NCBI GenBank assembly: GCA_051942205.1
Contig: JAVECO010000024.1
Coordinates: forward strand, 1-64,000
Source of the DNA: Coniocarpon cinnabarinum
Lineage: Eukaryota
Direction of reading: 5' to 3'
DNA: 64,000 nucleotides
Shown: positions 25,397-36,992 of the stretch, piece after piece
How positions within the stretch are numbered: position 1 is the stretch's first letter
Layout: every line of letters begins with the position of its first letter
Notes under the pieces: generated by a model
What the model was told of the DNA's origin: nothing
The model's input: only the letters and a program-made list of their open reading frames with translations
Database searches by the model: none
Made by a program: the position numbers and the translations under genes

Positions 25397-28138
25397 ATGT
25401 CCGAGCTACGCTCGCCTCACAGCGACGATGAATCACAACCATTGACAGAAGACTCTGGCACGTTCTCAGACTCTCTTGCAAAACCACGGCGATCTTCCTC
25501 CACAGCATCTACTACCTCCCTCATCTTCGATCGCATCGGCGAGCATGACCCTCTAAAAAACCCCAAACATTTTCACGATGACGAAGACGCCCACGCCCGC
25601 GATCCCGAGTTCGAAGAGCTTGACATCGAAGATGCATCCTTTTATCGTCACGGAAAGCCTGCGGATACGAAATACAGGAGATGGATGTACATGCTTGGTG
25701 CGCTTTGTTGCGCGGGCTGGATTTTGGCATTCGTCGTTTTCTTAGCAAACGGGTCGTATCGTCACCGATCCACAGTCGCACATGATCCGGACGCCACAGG
25801 GTCCGCAGGCTCAGGCAAGAGGATCACACTAGACCAGGTGCAGTCTGGTTTTTGGAGCCCCACAACGCACAGCATATCTTGGATCGCAAGTCCAGACGGC
25901 GCGGATGGCCTGCTTCTTGAGAAGGGTGGTGCAGAAGCCGGCAAGGACTACCTGGTGGTTGAGGATGTGCGCAGTCGAAAGGAGGGCACGGAAGCGCTAG
26001 AACGAAAGGTACTAATGAAGACTCCGAGCTTTCAAGTGAATGACAACTGGATTTACGCTTCTGAAGTTTGGCCGAGTCCAGACTTCAAGACAGTACTAGT
26101 CCAGTCAAGTAGGCAACACAACTGGAGACATTCAACAACCGGTCTCTTCTGGCTCTTTGACGTCGAGACGCAAACAGGACAACCGCTTGATCCGGCAAAG
26201 CCAAACGCAAGGATGCAGCTGGCAACCTGGTCGCCAAAGTCAGACGCTGTGGTCTTCACGCGAGACAACAACATGTTCTCACGACGCCTTGCTGATGAAG
26301 GCGCCATGCAGATCACGAAAGACGGTGGAGATCAAATGTTTAATGGGGTGCCAGACTGGGTTTATGAGGAGGAAGTCTTCTCTGGTGACAGCGCAACGTG
26401 GTTCTCAGAGGATGGCAATTACATCGCCTTCTTAGCTACTGATGAATCAGGCGTACCGGAGTATCCAGTGCAGTACTTCTTGTCAAGGCCAAGCGGTCAA
26501 AGGCCATCCCCAGGCAAGGAGAGTTATCCCGAGGTACGAAAAATAAAGTATCCCAAGGCTGGGGCGCCCAATCCCATCGTCCATCTCCGCTTTTACGATG
26601 TGGAAAACAGCAAAGTCTTCAACGTCCCGATTGACCATGATTTTGAAGATGATGATCGCCTCATCACGGAAGTTATCTGGGCAGGCTCCACAGGCAAGGT
26701 TTTGATCCGTGAGACTAATCGCGAAAGCGATGTCCTCAAAATGGTACTCATTGACGTGGTGCAACGTGAAGGCCGCATCGTGCGTGAACACGACGTAATG
26801 AAACTTGATGGCGGCTGGTTCGAAGTATCTGAAACCACAACGTTCATTCCCAAGGATGCAGACAATGGTCGGCCAAATGACGGCTACATTGACACCATCA
26901 TTCATGACGGATACGACCATCTCGCTTACTTCTCGCCCCTGGATGCTGACTCTCCGACTGTTATGCTAACATCAGGTGAATGGGAAGTCATTAATGCTCC
27001 GTCGGCCGTCGATCTCCAGAAGAACCTAGTCTATTTTGATGCTACACGAGAATCATCAATACAGCGGCACTCCTACCATGTGTCTCTTCTCGATGGTGCT
27101 AATCTTACGCCTTTGACCGACACTTCTCACGACGCTGTATATGAAGTCACGTATTCCCACCTCGCCGGGTTCGCCCTCATGACCTACAAGGGACCCGCCA
27201 TACCCTGGCAAAAGGTTGTGTCTACGCCCTCAAACTCTGACTCATTTTCTCATACTATTGAGGAGAACAAAAAGCTCGCTTCTGAGGCCTCAGCGCATGA
27301 GCTTCCGCGCCTCCGCTACACAACCATGAATATTGAGGGCACTGAGCTCAATGTCATGGAGCGCTTGCCTCCTCACTTTGATTCCTCACGGCAGTATCCT
27401 GTCCTCTTTTACCTTTATGGTGGTCCTGGCTCTCAGACTGTGTCGAAAGCGTTCCATGTTGATTTTCAGTCATATGTCGCGAGCGCTCTCGGCTACATCG
27501 TCGTTACAGTCGACGGTCGAGGCACGGGCTTCATAGGCCGAAAAGCGCGCTGCATTATCCGCGGCAACATTGGCTACTATGAGGCTTATGACCAGATTGC
27601 GACTGCGAAGGAATGGGCCAAGAAACCGTACGTCGACGCGAGAAGAATCGCTATTTGGGGCTGGAGCTACGGGGGCTTTCTCACTCTCAAGACACTCGAA
27701 CAAGACGCAGGCAACACGTTTCATTATGGAATGGCTGTTGCACCGGTCACCAACTGGAAGTTCTACGACAGCATCTATACTGAGCGTTGGATGCATACGC
27801 CGCAACACAATCCAAGTGGCTATACAAACGCATCTGTCTCGAATGTCACTGCCATCTCGCAAAATGTGCGGTTCCTCATGATGCACGGTACAGGCGACGA
27901 CAACGTGCATATCCAAAATAGTCTGACGTTATTGGATGAGCTAGACTTGGGCGGCGTGGAAAACTACGATGTGCACGTCTTTCCAGATTCGGATCACAGC
28001 ATCTACTTTCATAATGCGAATCGAATTGTGTACGATAAGTTGAGATGGTGGTTGATCAATGCCTTTAATGGCGAATGGGAGAGGATCAAGGAGGTAAGGC
28101 CTATCAGCAAAGGTGAGATAGCGGGAGGAGGACATTGA
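25397..28138 (+). CDS. DAP2: Vacuolar dipeptidyl aminopeptidase B (peptidase S9B, type II membrane protein)
   Basis: 913-aa ORF with N-terminal TM, DWVYEEE, nucleophile motif GWSYGG, DDNVH and DSDHSI catalytic Asp/His. Confidence 0.97.
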   Translation: MSELRSPHSDDESQPLTEDSGTFSDSLAKPRRSSSTASTTSLIFDRIGEHDPLKNPKHFHDDEDAHARDPEFEELDIEDASFYRHGKPADTKYRRWMYMLGALCCAGWILAFVVFLANGSYRHRSTVAHDPDATGSAGSGKRITLDQVQSGFWSPTTHSISWIASPDGADGLLLEKGGAEAGKDYLVVEDVRSRKEGTEALERKVLMKTPSFQVNDNWIYASEVWPSPDFKTVLVQSSRQHNWRHSTTGLFWLFDVETQTGQPLDPAKPNARMQLATWSPKSDAVVFTRDNNMFSRRLADEGAMQITKDGGDQMFNGVPDWVYEEEVFSGDSATWFSEDGNYIAFLATDESGVPEYPVQYFLSRPSGQRPSPGKESYPEVRKIKYPKAGAPNPIVHLRFYDVENSKVFNVPIDHDFEDDDRLITEVIWAGSTGKVLIRETNRESDVLKMVLIDVVQREGRIVREHDVMKLDGGWFEVSETTTFIPKDADNGRPNDGYIDTIIHDGYDHLAYFSPLDADSPTVMLTSGEWEVINAPSAVDLQKNLVYFDATRESSIQRHSYHVSLLDGANLTPLTDTSHDAVYEVTYSHLAGFALMTYKGPAIPWQKVVSTPSNSDSFSHTIEENKKLASEASAHELPRLRYTTMNIEGTELNVMERLPPHFDSSRQYPVLFYLYGGPGSQTVSKAFHVDFQSYVASALGYIVVTVDGRGTGFIGRKARCIIRGNIGYYEAYDQIATAKEWAKKPYVDARRIAIWGWSYGGFLTLKTLEQDAGNTFHYGMAVAPVTNWKFYDSIYTERWMHTPQHNPSGYTNASVSNVTAISQNVRFLMMHGTGDDNVHIQNSLTLLDELDLGGVENYDVHVFPDSDHSIYFHNANRIVYDKLRWWLINAFNGEWERIKEVRPISKGEIAGGGH

Positions 28139-29008
28139 GCCTGATTTTCTTGCATGGCGCGGCGTTTTCAGCATTTACACGCGTTTTGCTCACATGTCAA
28201 GGAGGGCTTAAGGCGAAATATACAGTCCAACGGTATCTCTAATTGAAGCGCGAAGAAACCTTAGGTAATGAAATCGAATGCACGTGATCTAGGTAACTGT
28301 CAGCTTCTCTCAAGCCAGACCTCATTTTGTTTTAGGAACAATAATTGACCGAAGCACCTTAAATTTGAGAAGGGCGCCTCGCGATCATGTTGTCCTGCGC
28401 TGCCACTCGATTCGAGACAGAGTCTTGATCTCGTCATGACCGCCACGTGCGCTGCTGGACAAACACTACGTTCTGATCTTGCTTGCGGGATCCAAACGAC
28501 GCAAAGCCTTCCGGTCTCCCCCTTTCGTGACCATTAATTAGCCGATGCAAGTCTCGCATGGTTCGAGACTGCTCGGTATTCACTCAAAGCCAGACGGTCT
28601 GCGCCCACACCCTTGTTCTCTCCTTGCTGACGTGATACCCTTAGATCAGCAACTTGTGTTGTGATGATCTAGGCTCGTCGTAGCTCTATGCTTGTTGTGA
28701 GGCACTTTGACTGGACAAAGCAAATTCAGCGTTGTGAAAAATCGAAAAGCAAGTTTCTTGTGTTGCTTTTTGAGTTTAGGGAATCGGTGTCGTCGTTGAC
28801 CTGTAGGCAGACAAGACACACGCAGTATCAAGAAACATGGCAAGAAAAAAGGTAACGTGCTAGGGCAGATACGTGATACGAAGTCTAATGGTGCCACCTC
28901 TCTCTGCCTTTAAACGCATACTACAGCCTGAACCAAAGCTGCCCCGCTTGCGTTTCTCTAACCTCAGGGCGCCAACCCTGACCTGGCTGTTGGTCACGCA
29001 AGATTGGG

Positions 29009-31420
29009 ATGTCAAGAACACGCAGCGGACATCATTACTCGAAGTTCAAAGTCAGAGGCTCAGGTATCCAAATTGGCGACAGGTTTGAGGGCGCCATCAT
29101 TAATCCCACCAACGACGGGGGATCAGTTCAGATCATTTGCGGAGATGGGGCGAAGATTGAACAACATACATATATTTGTAATGCTTCGTCAACATTCATA
29201 ACTACCAAAAATACCCTACAGAATCGCGGCATAACTGAGCTGTGTCAAGCATCAAACCGGTCTCGCAGCGCTCCATGTGAGGTGACATTCGATAGAGACA
29301 GTAGCTCAGCAACGCCTGCAATTGCTTCCCGGGAGCAGATCAATGTTTCAACAGCGGCAACAACTTGCCCCAAGAGCGCTCGGCCCAAGTCCCCGAAGGC
29401 GCGTATCAATGACAATCGGAAAAAAGGTTATAAAGTCAACAAGCGAACACATGTTTCCCAGAAGCCCGCTGAGCTCTCTCCTCGTTTACAAATACGCCGA
29501 CAGGAAAGAACGCGCAACTGTGAACAGATACGTCAATATGATGAGTTGTTCATAGCATTGAACAGCCTTCACGAACTTCGCGTCAACAAAAAGCTGAATC
29601 AAGACCTCTGTCGTGAGCTCTCTATAACATGTAGATGCGCCCAAAACAAGGGCGTCATTGACCGTCACGCATCAATGTTACTCCTAACCAACATTCGCGC
29701 CCACCTGATGCGTTTCAAGCTATCTGTAAAGGCCCGAGCTTTTCCAGTGCAAATAGACACAGTCCTGACGAAATTGAACCCAATCTTGCATGACTTTGAC
29801 CACCTTTTTTGGAGAAAAATGTCAATCTCGTCCTGTTCGAGACGTCTCGTTGAGTCTTTGCAAATCAAGTCTTATGCGATATCAAGCACTGAGCATAATC
29901 CACACTTCACTACTGACCGTCATGGGACGAACTTCAACTTAAATAGTGAGCTGAGGGAAGACAGCAGAATCAGTCCGAGTCATGCAGACACGTGCAATGC
30001 TTCAGATCTAACACAGCAGAATCCGTCATCGAATAATACAGAGTACCCTGTATTAGGCGACAACTTGGGCACTTCATCATCGCAGGTCAACAACGACGTC
30101 GACAAGGTTGACAATACATTGATGCCCGATCCGTCCGACAGCGTATCTCTTGACGTGACTGGTGCATTGGAAACGCCATCTTGTGTTGCATCACCGCAAG
30201 ACGATGCAATCGAGTGCCTCGATTTTAGCTTCACTTCTACAACTCAAAATTCAGCAACTACGTGGCAGCCTGCAGAGCTTGACCCGGACCTCTTTCCTTC
30301 ATGCTGCTTTGGCGAATCAATGCGAATGTATCCTTTATCGCCAAGTCCGCAGGGCGATGATTGGGCTGACCGACCGTCAGCTGGATTATTCTCTGAACTA
30401 TTCTCAAAAAGCCAGTCCAGCAGTACTTCTCATCACGTTCTGTCTGATGAGTTATTTCAATCTGACGAGGAGAAACGACAGCGTACAATCCAGAGTCGGG
30501 ACACCTCATCCCACACGAGCGCAGATCAAAATGCGAACACAGCAAAGACCGCGACTGGATCTAGTACATCTACGGAGAACACCGACACATCGCCATCCGC
30601 AGAACATACTGACCTTCTGGTCCAGGGGACAGAGTCTAACACCGCAACATGTGATGCCCGCGTCGGTGAAACGCCGTTATCTGAGCTTGATAATCTTTCG
30701 TATACTCGGACAGATGGAAACGGTGCTTGTCCCTCAGTGACTCTTCAAAGACGCTCTAGCACGTCATCGATCAGCTCTTGTTCTACCATTTCCCTGCCAA
30801 TCAGCCCTGTCCACCTACAAAACGACAGTCATCCGATACAGCTAGACAACAATTCCGACTGCAAAGAAGCGACGTGGCGGCAAGCCTCTATTTGCGAATC
30901 TATTTATAATAGTTTGACTTCCTCCACGATTAGAGAGTGGTCCAGCTCAGGAACTCTTGCGACCGTATCCACTACTTCAACGGTAGGACGATACACTAGT
31001 TCAAGTACTACCATTCCTGCAGCACCTAGTTCGGTATACAAATGTCCACACCCAGGCTGCCGGGCTCCACCATTCCAAACGCCCTATCTACTCAACTCAC
31101 ACCGAAATATTCACTCGAATGACCGGTCATACTTCTGCTCGCGACGAGATTGTCCTCGATCGCAGCCAGGCAAAGGATTCAAACGAAAGAATGAAATGTT
31201 GCGACATGGCTTGGTACATGAGTCCCCGGGATACGTTTGTCCATTCTGCAGTCCAGAGAAGCAGCACCGCTACCCGCACCCAGACAATCTACATCGACAC
31301 GTGAAAATGCATCATGAGGATATAGACCCCGAGCATCCGATGCTATGCCAAGTATTGGGACTACGCCGAGATTTTTATCCTGCTTCTAGGTCTCATTTGC
31401 TCGGAGCTTCCGCGGCTTAG
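29009..31420 (+). CDS. Intronless C2H2 zinc-finger protein (803 aa) with three C-terminal fingers
   Basis: YKCPHPGC...LLNSHRNIH, YFCSRRDC...GKGFKRKNEMLRHGLVH, YVCPFC...NLHRHVKMHH. The rest is largely Ser/Thr-rich and unassigned. Confidence 0.85.
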   Translation: MSRTRSGHHYSKFKVRGSGIQIGDRFEGAIINPTNDGGSVQIICGDGAKIEQHTYICNASSTFITTKNTLQNRGITELCQASNRSRSAPCEVTFDRDSSSATPAIASREQINVSTAATTCPKSARPKSPKARINDNRKKGYKVNKRTHVSQKPAELSPRLQIRRQERTRNCEQIRQYDELFIALNSLHELRVNKKLNQDLCRELSITCRCAQNKGVIDRHASMLLLTNIRAHLMRFKLSVKARAFPVQIDTVLTKLNPILHDFDHLFWRKMSISSCSRRLVESLQIKSYAISSTEHNPHFTTDRHGTNFNLNSELREDSRISPSHADTCNASDLTQQNPSSNNTEYPVLGDNLGTSSSQVNNDVDKVDNTLMPDPSDSVSLDVTGALETPSCVASPQDDAIECLDFSFTSTTQNSATTWQPAELDPDLFPSCCFGESMRMYPLSPSPQGDDWADRPSAGLFSELFSKSQSSSTSHHVLSDELFQSDEEKRQRTIQSRDTSSHTSADQNANTAKTATGSSTSTENTDTSPSAEHTDLLVQGTESNTATCDARVGETPLSELDNLSYTRTDGNGACPSVTLQRRSSTSSISSCSTISLPISPVHLQNDSHPIQLDNNSDCKEATWRQASICESIYNSLTSSTIREWSSSGTLATVSTTSTVGRYTSSSTTIPAAPSSVYKCPHPGCRAPPFQTPYLLNSHRNIHSNDRSYFCSRRDCPRSQPGKGFKRKNEMLRHGLVHESPGYVCPFCSPEKQHRYPHPDNLHRHVKMHHEDIDPEHPMLCQVLGLRRDFYPASRSHLLGASAA

Positions 31421-32087
31421 TTGGTCCTTCAAAAAGGCATTCGACATGACTTTCAGTCTAGCTCGCACAGTCGAATTTCCTAAGATAGAGTGCTCATCAT
31501 CATCGCTGGAGAATAAGAAACGTGACGATTTCAAAGAACGGAGCATACAGCTGGTGGCAGATCTGGCTCTACCCCTTTCACTAGATCAAGGGAGTTGATC
31601 TACACTACTTGACGAGAAATCAGCCGCGGCACCAGATATTGACAATAAATGTAGCACTTTATATGCAGTTAGAATCCGGTTCACAGATGCCACGATAGAT
31701 GCTCTCACATTCGCACGTGATGTCTTGTAGCTAGAGCGAGGACCCAACTTCCAACAGTCGTTTCGAACTGTCTTATATCGATGGATAAAGCTGATGCTTG
31801 CCTATTAAGCTTACAGTAGTTTTCCGAGCTCTACTTCTTGCTATGTATATAGATGTGTAAATTTTGAATTAGTGAGCGTGCAAGTATACAAGATACCTGT
31901 GCCTCCGCTGCTTGCGTACCTCAGTCCAATAAGCAAGGTCCAGGATCACGCGCACCCTCAAACCCTACATCATCGTCATCCAAAGTCCAGCGCCAACACC
32001 AACGCCATTATTAAAGCCAACTCTGGCGACTTCACCTCATCATTCAGTGGACCACTACTCCACTTCCAACCCAAAAACCAAAATCTC

Positions 32088-32435
32088 ATGGATCACGAAG
32101 CCAAAAACCCCAACCACCTCGCCCACACCCTCATAGCCAGCCCCCGCCATCCAAAAGAACATGATCCCTCAACCTGCGAAACCTGTAAATCAATCGACGA
32201 ACTACACCAAGCATTCGAACGCGCCGCCGCAGATCCCGACTCCAAGTTCGCCAAAAAGTTCTGGAACTGGCTGGAAGAGGCGGAACGAATCGCGGGGCCG
32301 TTTCCGGGGACGACAGGACTGTCACGGGTACGGCGGCGGGATTTAGATGAGGCGAGCGGCTTGAAAGGGTGTGGTGGGTGTAGAGACTGGGGCAGGTGGG
32401 AGGGGAGGGTTTTGCATTGTGCGGGACGGAGGTGA
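32088..32435 (+). CDS. Small hypothetical protein (115 aa) with CxxC motifs
   Basis: ATG follows a C/A-rich leader; CETC and CGGC...HC motifs; C-rich to G-rich gradient like other genes here. Confidence 0.5.
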   Translation: MDHEAKNPNHLAHTLIASPRHPKEHDPSTCETCKSIDELHQAFERAAADPDSKFAKKFWNWLEEAERIAGPFPGTTGLSRVRRRDLDEASGLKGCGGCRDWGRWEGRVLHCAGRR

Positions 32436-33898
32436 GGTGAGGTTTGCTTGACTTGGGTATTGGATTCGTGGGATCGCACAAGGATGGATGGTGAAGTGGG
32501 ACTTTTGAACTGGTTAGGTGATTGGTCGATTTGATTGTGTTCTGTAACCATGGCGATAGCAATGGAGACGGCTTGTGCCTGCTAGTGCGGAGAGCGAGAA
32601 CGGGTTCGACTTCACGTCGGGCACGCTGAATCTCTCAAAGGAGAATACAGAAGCTTGTCCGATGTGTATACGCACATGGTGCTGTCAGTGGTGAGTAGGG
32701 CAATCCTCAGGCAGATGGCGCAGGACACGTCCGAGGAAGCGCATCTCGACGTTGCGATCTTCCCCGGACAAAAAGAAAATGCTTGCTCTCGAAGGCGAGG
32801 ACCCAGATCCAGGCATGGAGCTCAACTTGCCTCGGGAGCCTACCGGCCCATTTCCACGATTAGCTGCGTCCACGACGGCGGCACGTCGAGTCCGCATAGT
32901 CAGGCAATCCAGTAAAAGGCTGGCCATATTTCTAGCCACAGTCTCAAGTGCATTCAAATATTTCCATGGCATCAGACTTGCAGGTTGTACTCGGGATTCT
33001 TCGCTATTGAAGAATGAAAGTCAGCAAGGAGAAGAAGACTTGAAAAATGTTTCGCAGTCTTAGGGTGGTATAGAGAAACGCGCAAATCACATCCTCTTCG
33101 AAATTACGAGATCATAGTCGCGGGAAATATACCTATGCAAAAAGCATCAACGAGCCATTATGATATATCATTTCTTTGTAGTGCTAAGATCATATCCCCT
33201 TAAAAGCCTTGTGCCGAGCCTCTAATAACTGTAGACTGCTCATAATCGAGTTCAGTGAGGACCGGAGACTGGTATACGATCCGTAGATTAGCAAGAAACG
33301 CCTCGTTGCAATTCAAAGGAATCGCACGAGAGTTTGTAGGACTTTCAAGAGATTCCGCCTAATACGAGGAAGTTACCTGTCTCATGGATAATCATCACGT
33401 TTACAGCCACTGGTAATACTCAACGTGCACGTAAAAATGTCTCTTGTGAGATTGCGAGAGTTCTCACGAGTGCAGCACAAACAATATGTGTGATCGTGGC
33501 CGGCAGGGCTACAGAACAGCAAGTCTTCGGTCGTCCTCAACGCGTAGAGTTCCATCCGAAGTCTGGCGCGGTGGTTGTGAATCTAAAAACGCTTCATTAA
33601 CAGGTCCTGGACAGGCTGACGCGCGGCATTGCAAAGATGAGATCAAAAAACATGAAGTTTTACTCGCGCTATTTGGCGAGAGAATTTCTCAAAGCAATCC
33701 TGAAATTGCTAGGAACTTTTTGTACATTCCTTTAAATTACACACTTAGAAGGGTAAGAACATGCAGGTAGCTATGGGCCGTAGCCCATCCCATGACCCCA
33801 TTAGGTATCCCAAAAATGCTTCCAAAACGCTCAAACAACATCAGAAGTTCGTAATGCACCATATCTGTGCGACTGACTAGACATTGAAGGCGAACATC

Positions 33899-34842
33899 TT
33901 AGTTGAGGAAAGCAAAAGCAGCAACGGCACCCGCGATGAGCGCGAACGAGCTGCCGTACTGCGCAGCACCGCTCTTCGGGGCAGATGAGCTCTTGCCCGG
34001 GGCAGAGCCAGTTGAGGATCCGCTGTTGCTGCCGCCAGTGGGAGAGGAAGGCATGGTGTAAGTAGGCATGGTGTTGTTGCTTGCAGCGGGGCTGCCAGTG
34101 GCACCAGCTTGAGGAGCGTAGGGCTTGGGGGCAGCGCCATAGTTGTAGCCGGGAACGAACGTCAGCTTAGGCGCAGCTGGAGGGGTGTAGACGGCGCTGG
34201 TGGAGGGAGCCGGGGTGACCGAAGGAGTGCAGCCGACCGGTGCCTGGGGCTGGCCATCGGCAATTTGGGTCACGGCGCAGTTGCTGTTGTTACCGGTCCT
34301 TGAAGCAGTGGACATTGTGGTAGCGCTGCTGCTGTAGCTGTAGCCGGAAGCGCTGGAGGTGGCTGACGAAGAGGCAGAAGATGATGAAGATGAAGTCGCA
34401 CCCGAGGACGGGCAGCCTGAAGGAGCGGCAGGAATGTTACCAGAGCCCGGCGCGGCGCCACCAGTGATGGAGAATTCGCCAGAGTAGTTGATGTTGCCGT
34501 CCTGGATGACTTCAATCGCGTAGTCGTTACCAGACTCGAGCTGGGTCGATGGAGTCCAGCTGTAGGTTGAATCGGTGGCAGAGCCTGTTTCGGGTCAGCC
34601 ATAGACGGAAGTGTTATGCGAGACAAGGCAAACCTACAGTCAATGTACGTGACGTTGCTCAGATTGTTGGAATCGCCGCGACGCAGCTGCAGGGTGTAAG
34701 GACCGGGGCCCTTGACGACGTCGAAGGTTCCCGCCTGGCCTGCTGTGAAGCTGGTGGGGACGTTGTTGACAGCGACAGATTGCGCGGCGGCAATGGCTGC
34801 AAGAGCCGAGCCAGTGATGGCGAAAGATGTAGCGTACTGCAT
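33899..34842 (-). CDS. GPI-anchored Ser/Thr-rich cell-wall protein with Kre9/Knh1-like N-terminal domain and one Pir-like repeat (~296 aa)
   Basis: Signal peptide; exons 34842-34638 and 34584-33899; TLQLRRGDSNNL...YSWTP...YAIEV...INYSGEFSI; AVTQIADGQPQA; hydrophobic C-terminal GPI signal. Confidence 0.88.
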
Positions 34843-36992
34843 GTTGACTAGAAGCGACGTTTGTAGTGATCGACTGGATTTGTATACGAGAATCGGTATA
34901 CAAGTGAGATCAAGACGAGGATTAAGACTGGATCTCGATTATATTATGCAGCGCAAAGCCGGGTATAGTGAACGTAAGATGTGGAAACGAATGAATGAGG
35001 ATTGTGCTGGAAGCAGTCGATGAAGAAAAAGAGAGAATGGCTTGTGGGGGAGGGAGGCGGTAAAAAAGAAGGGCGCTGGTGGTGAGGAGATGGAGATGGC
35101 TTGGGGGGGGAAATGACATTGACCTTAGCGTGGCTGTAGGCAGGAAAGGGGGCGGGAAGGATCCTGCCCCGCTGTCTGGACCAGCCTCACGCCAGCCCAC
35201 TGTCACAAATTTCCCAAGCGACCGCGGATCTGCGACACGCCAGAGCCAGATCGGGCATTGTGCCTGGTGCCTGTATAAACGCCGCTCATGCGATTGGCTG
35301 GCGGCGGAATTGATCCTGGACAACATTGACTTTGGAATAGCCCCATATCGCCCCCGTGCCCCTGGCTCTAGCTCACATGGCTCCACGGACATTATCGCTC
35401 CAGTTGGACTAAGCGCGTGCCCAGTTGTCCAGCATCTCCCCTGATTCTGTTGCACGTCCCTCACCAGAGGGACATTCGCGATACCTCCAGTAACAGGTCA
35501 ACAAGCAGAGCGCGCGGGCTCCGAGAGGTTCGCACAGCATCGGATGAGCTTTCCGTTTCCTTCTGGAAAAGAACGTGGCGCAAGCCTTCCTTGACGGTGC
35601 CGCATCCGCCGGCAGAGACAGTCAAGCGTCTCACGCCCACAACGGTGCGGGTCAATGGGTAATCGGCATCGGTCCGTTCTTGGCGACGCCTATTCATTCC
35701 GAGACATATAGGAGGTATATGGGGCCACGGTGCTATTCCAGCTAGGGACGACCTTTTGCTTCTCTGAGAGGTGGGATGTGTAAAGGAGCTACCGTCCAGG
35801 CGACCGTATCTTCTGTGCGATCAAACCCGGCCAACGGTCGCTCGTTCCCATATTGTTGATGAAACTTAAGCCGCAACAACGTGCGTAGTGAGGTATATTG
35901 TAGATGCTCGGCACATTTGAAGGAATTCTGAAACCAACTTTGCCGCTTTGCCACGTGCCTCTAGTCCAGAAGATATTGGGCCAATAACAACACATTGCTT
36001 TTATCTGAAATTGGTAACAATCGAACACATCCTTTAGCGCTGGGTCGGTTTGCCTAGCGAGCTCTCTGATTCTCAGGTATCTATGAGGTCAAGTAAGGGC
36101 TCACGTCCACTCCTGTAGCTTGAATGGAAGCTTACTCTGGCCTCCATCTTTGGGCCTGAGATTTTCCTCAACTTTCTGAGCGAGCGTGAAAGAGGATTTA
36201 AAATGCCGTTTCGTCTCTTCCACCGATGGAAGCTACCAAATCTACCACATGCATCTCTTGCAGCGATTCAGATGAGTTATGGTCATTTGTTGTGAGCGAA
36301 ACTAGGTCTTATTGCTTTAGCGATATTTAATAAGGCGCGAGTTTGGATTGATAATTCGATCATTTTGAAGCCTGGTATGAAGTTTTCAATGAGCGTTTTA
36401 ACGATGAATGCTGTGCAGAGCATCATCAATGATGAAGAAACGCATTGAGACGCGTCTGGATCTTCGCTCACGTTGTCTCAAAGCCCAAGATTCTATTTAC
36501 AATCAAGCCACCAATAAAATACTTAGAGCCGGACTATGAACTTTTTAATTCCGAGTGCAGCCTTCGAGAGATGGACGCCAAGGCCAGCAGGCGCGATTTA
36601 AGGGTCGCCAACCCTGTCATGCATCTCACCTCCAGGGTTCGTCTTGCCCTACTTGCTCGCATCCCACCATCACGAGCTCGTGCCTACACGATGACACCGC
36701 ACTTACAACACTACCTCTCCAGTTCACTTCCCAACTCTTTATTTTGACCTTTACTACTCCGCATTATTCATCAGAGACCGTCATGCACGTAATGTCTGAA
36801 AGTTGTTCATGAAAGAAGGCTCCCAAGTTCGGATCGCCCGCCCCAAGTTCACCGTGCTCCACCGCCAACGCAGCCGCCTACGCTTCTCCAGCTTCCTTGA
36901 CCGCTCTTGCCACTCACGCCCGCACTGAGCTTTGCCCTCGACGAAACGTTGCTTCAACGCCCTCCCTATAGCACTTGCATTAATTCGAAATA

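Noticed and set aside
28746..31600. Short 8-bp inverted repeats flanking the C2H2 gene (aaaagcaa/ttgctttt; tagatcaa/ttgatcta)
   Set aside because: Local hairpins of a length expected by chance; they do not match each other and show no terminal-repeat or target-site-duplication pattern.
32595..32625. GGTTCGACT B-box-like sequence suggesting a tRNA
   Set aside because: No T-stem pairing, acceptor stem or cloverleaf can be built around it.
32655..33063. Overlapping 86-103 aa ORFs
   Set aside because: No recognisable motifs or consistent exon chain; unsupported without expression data.
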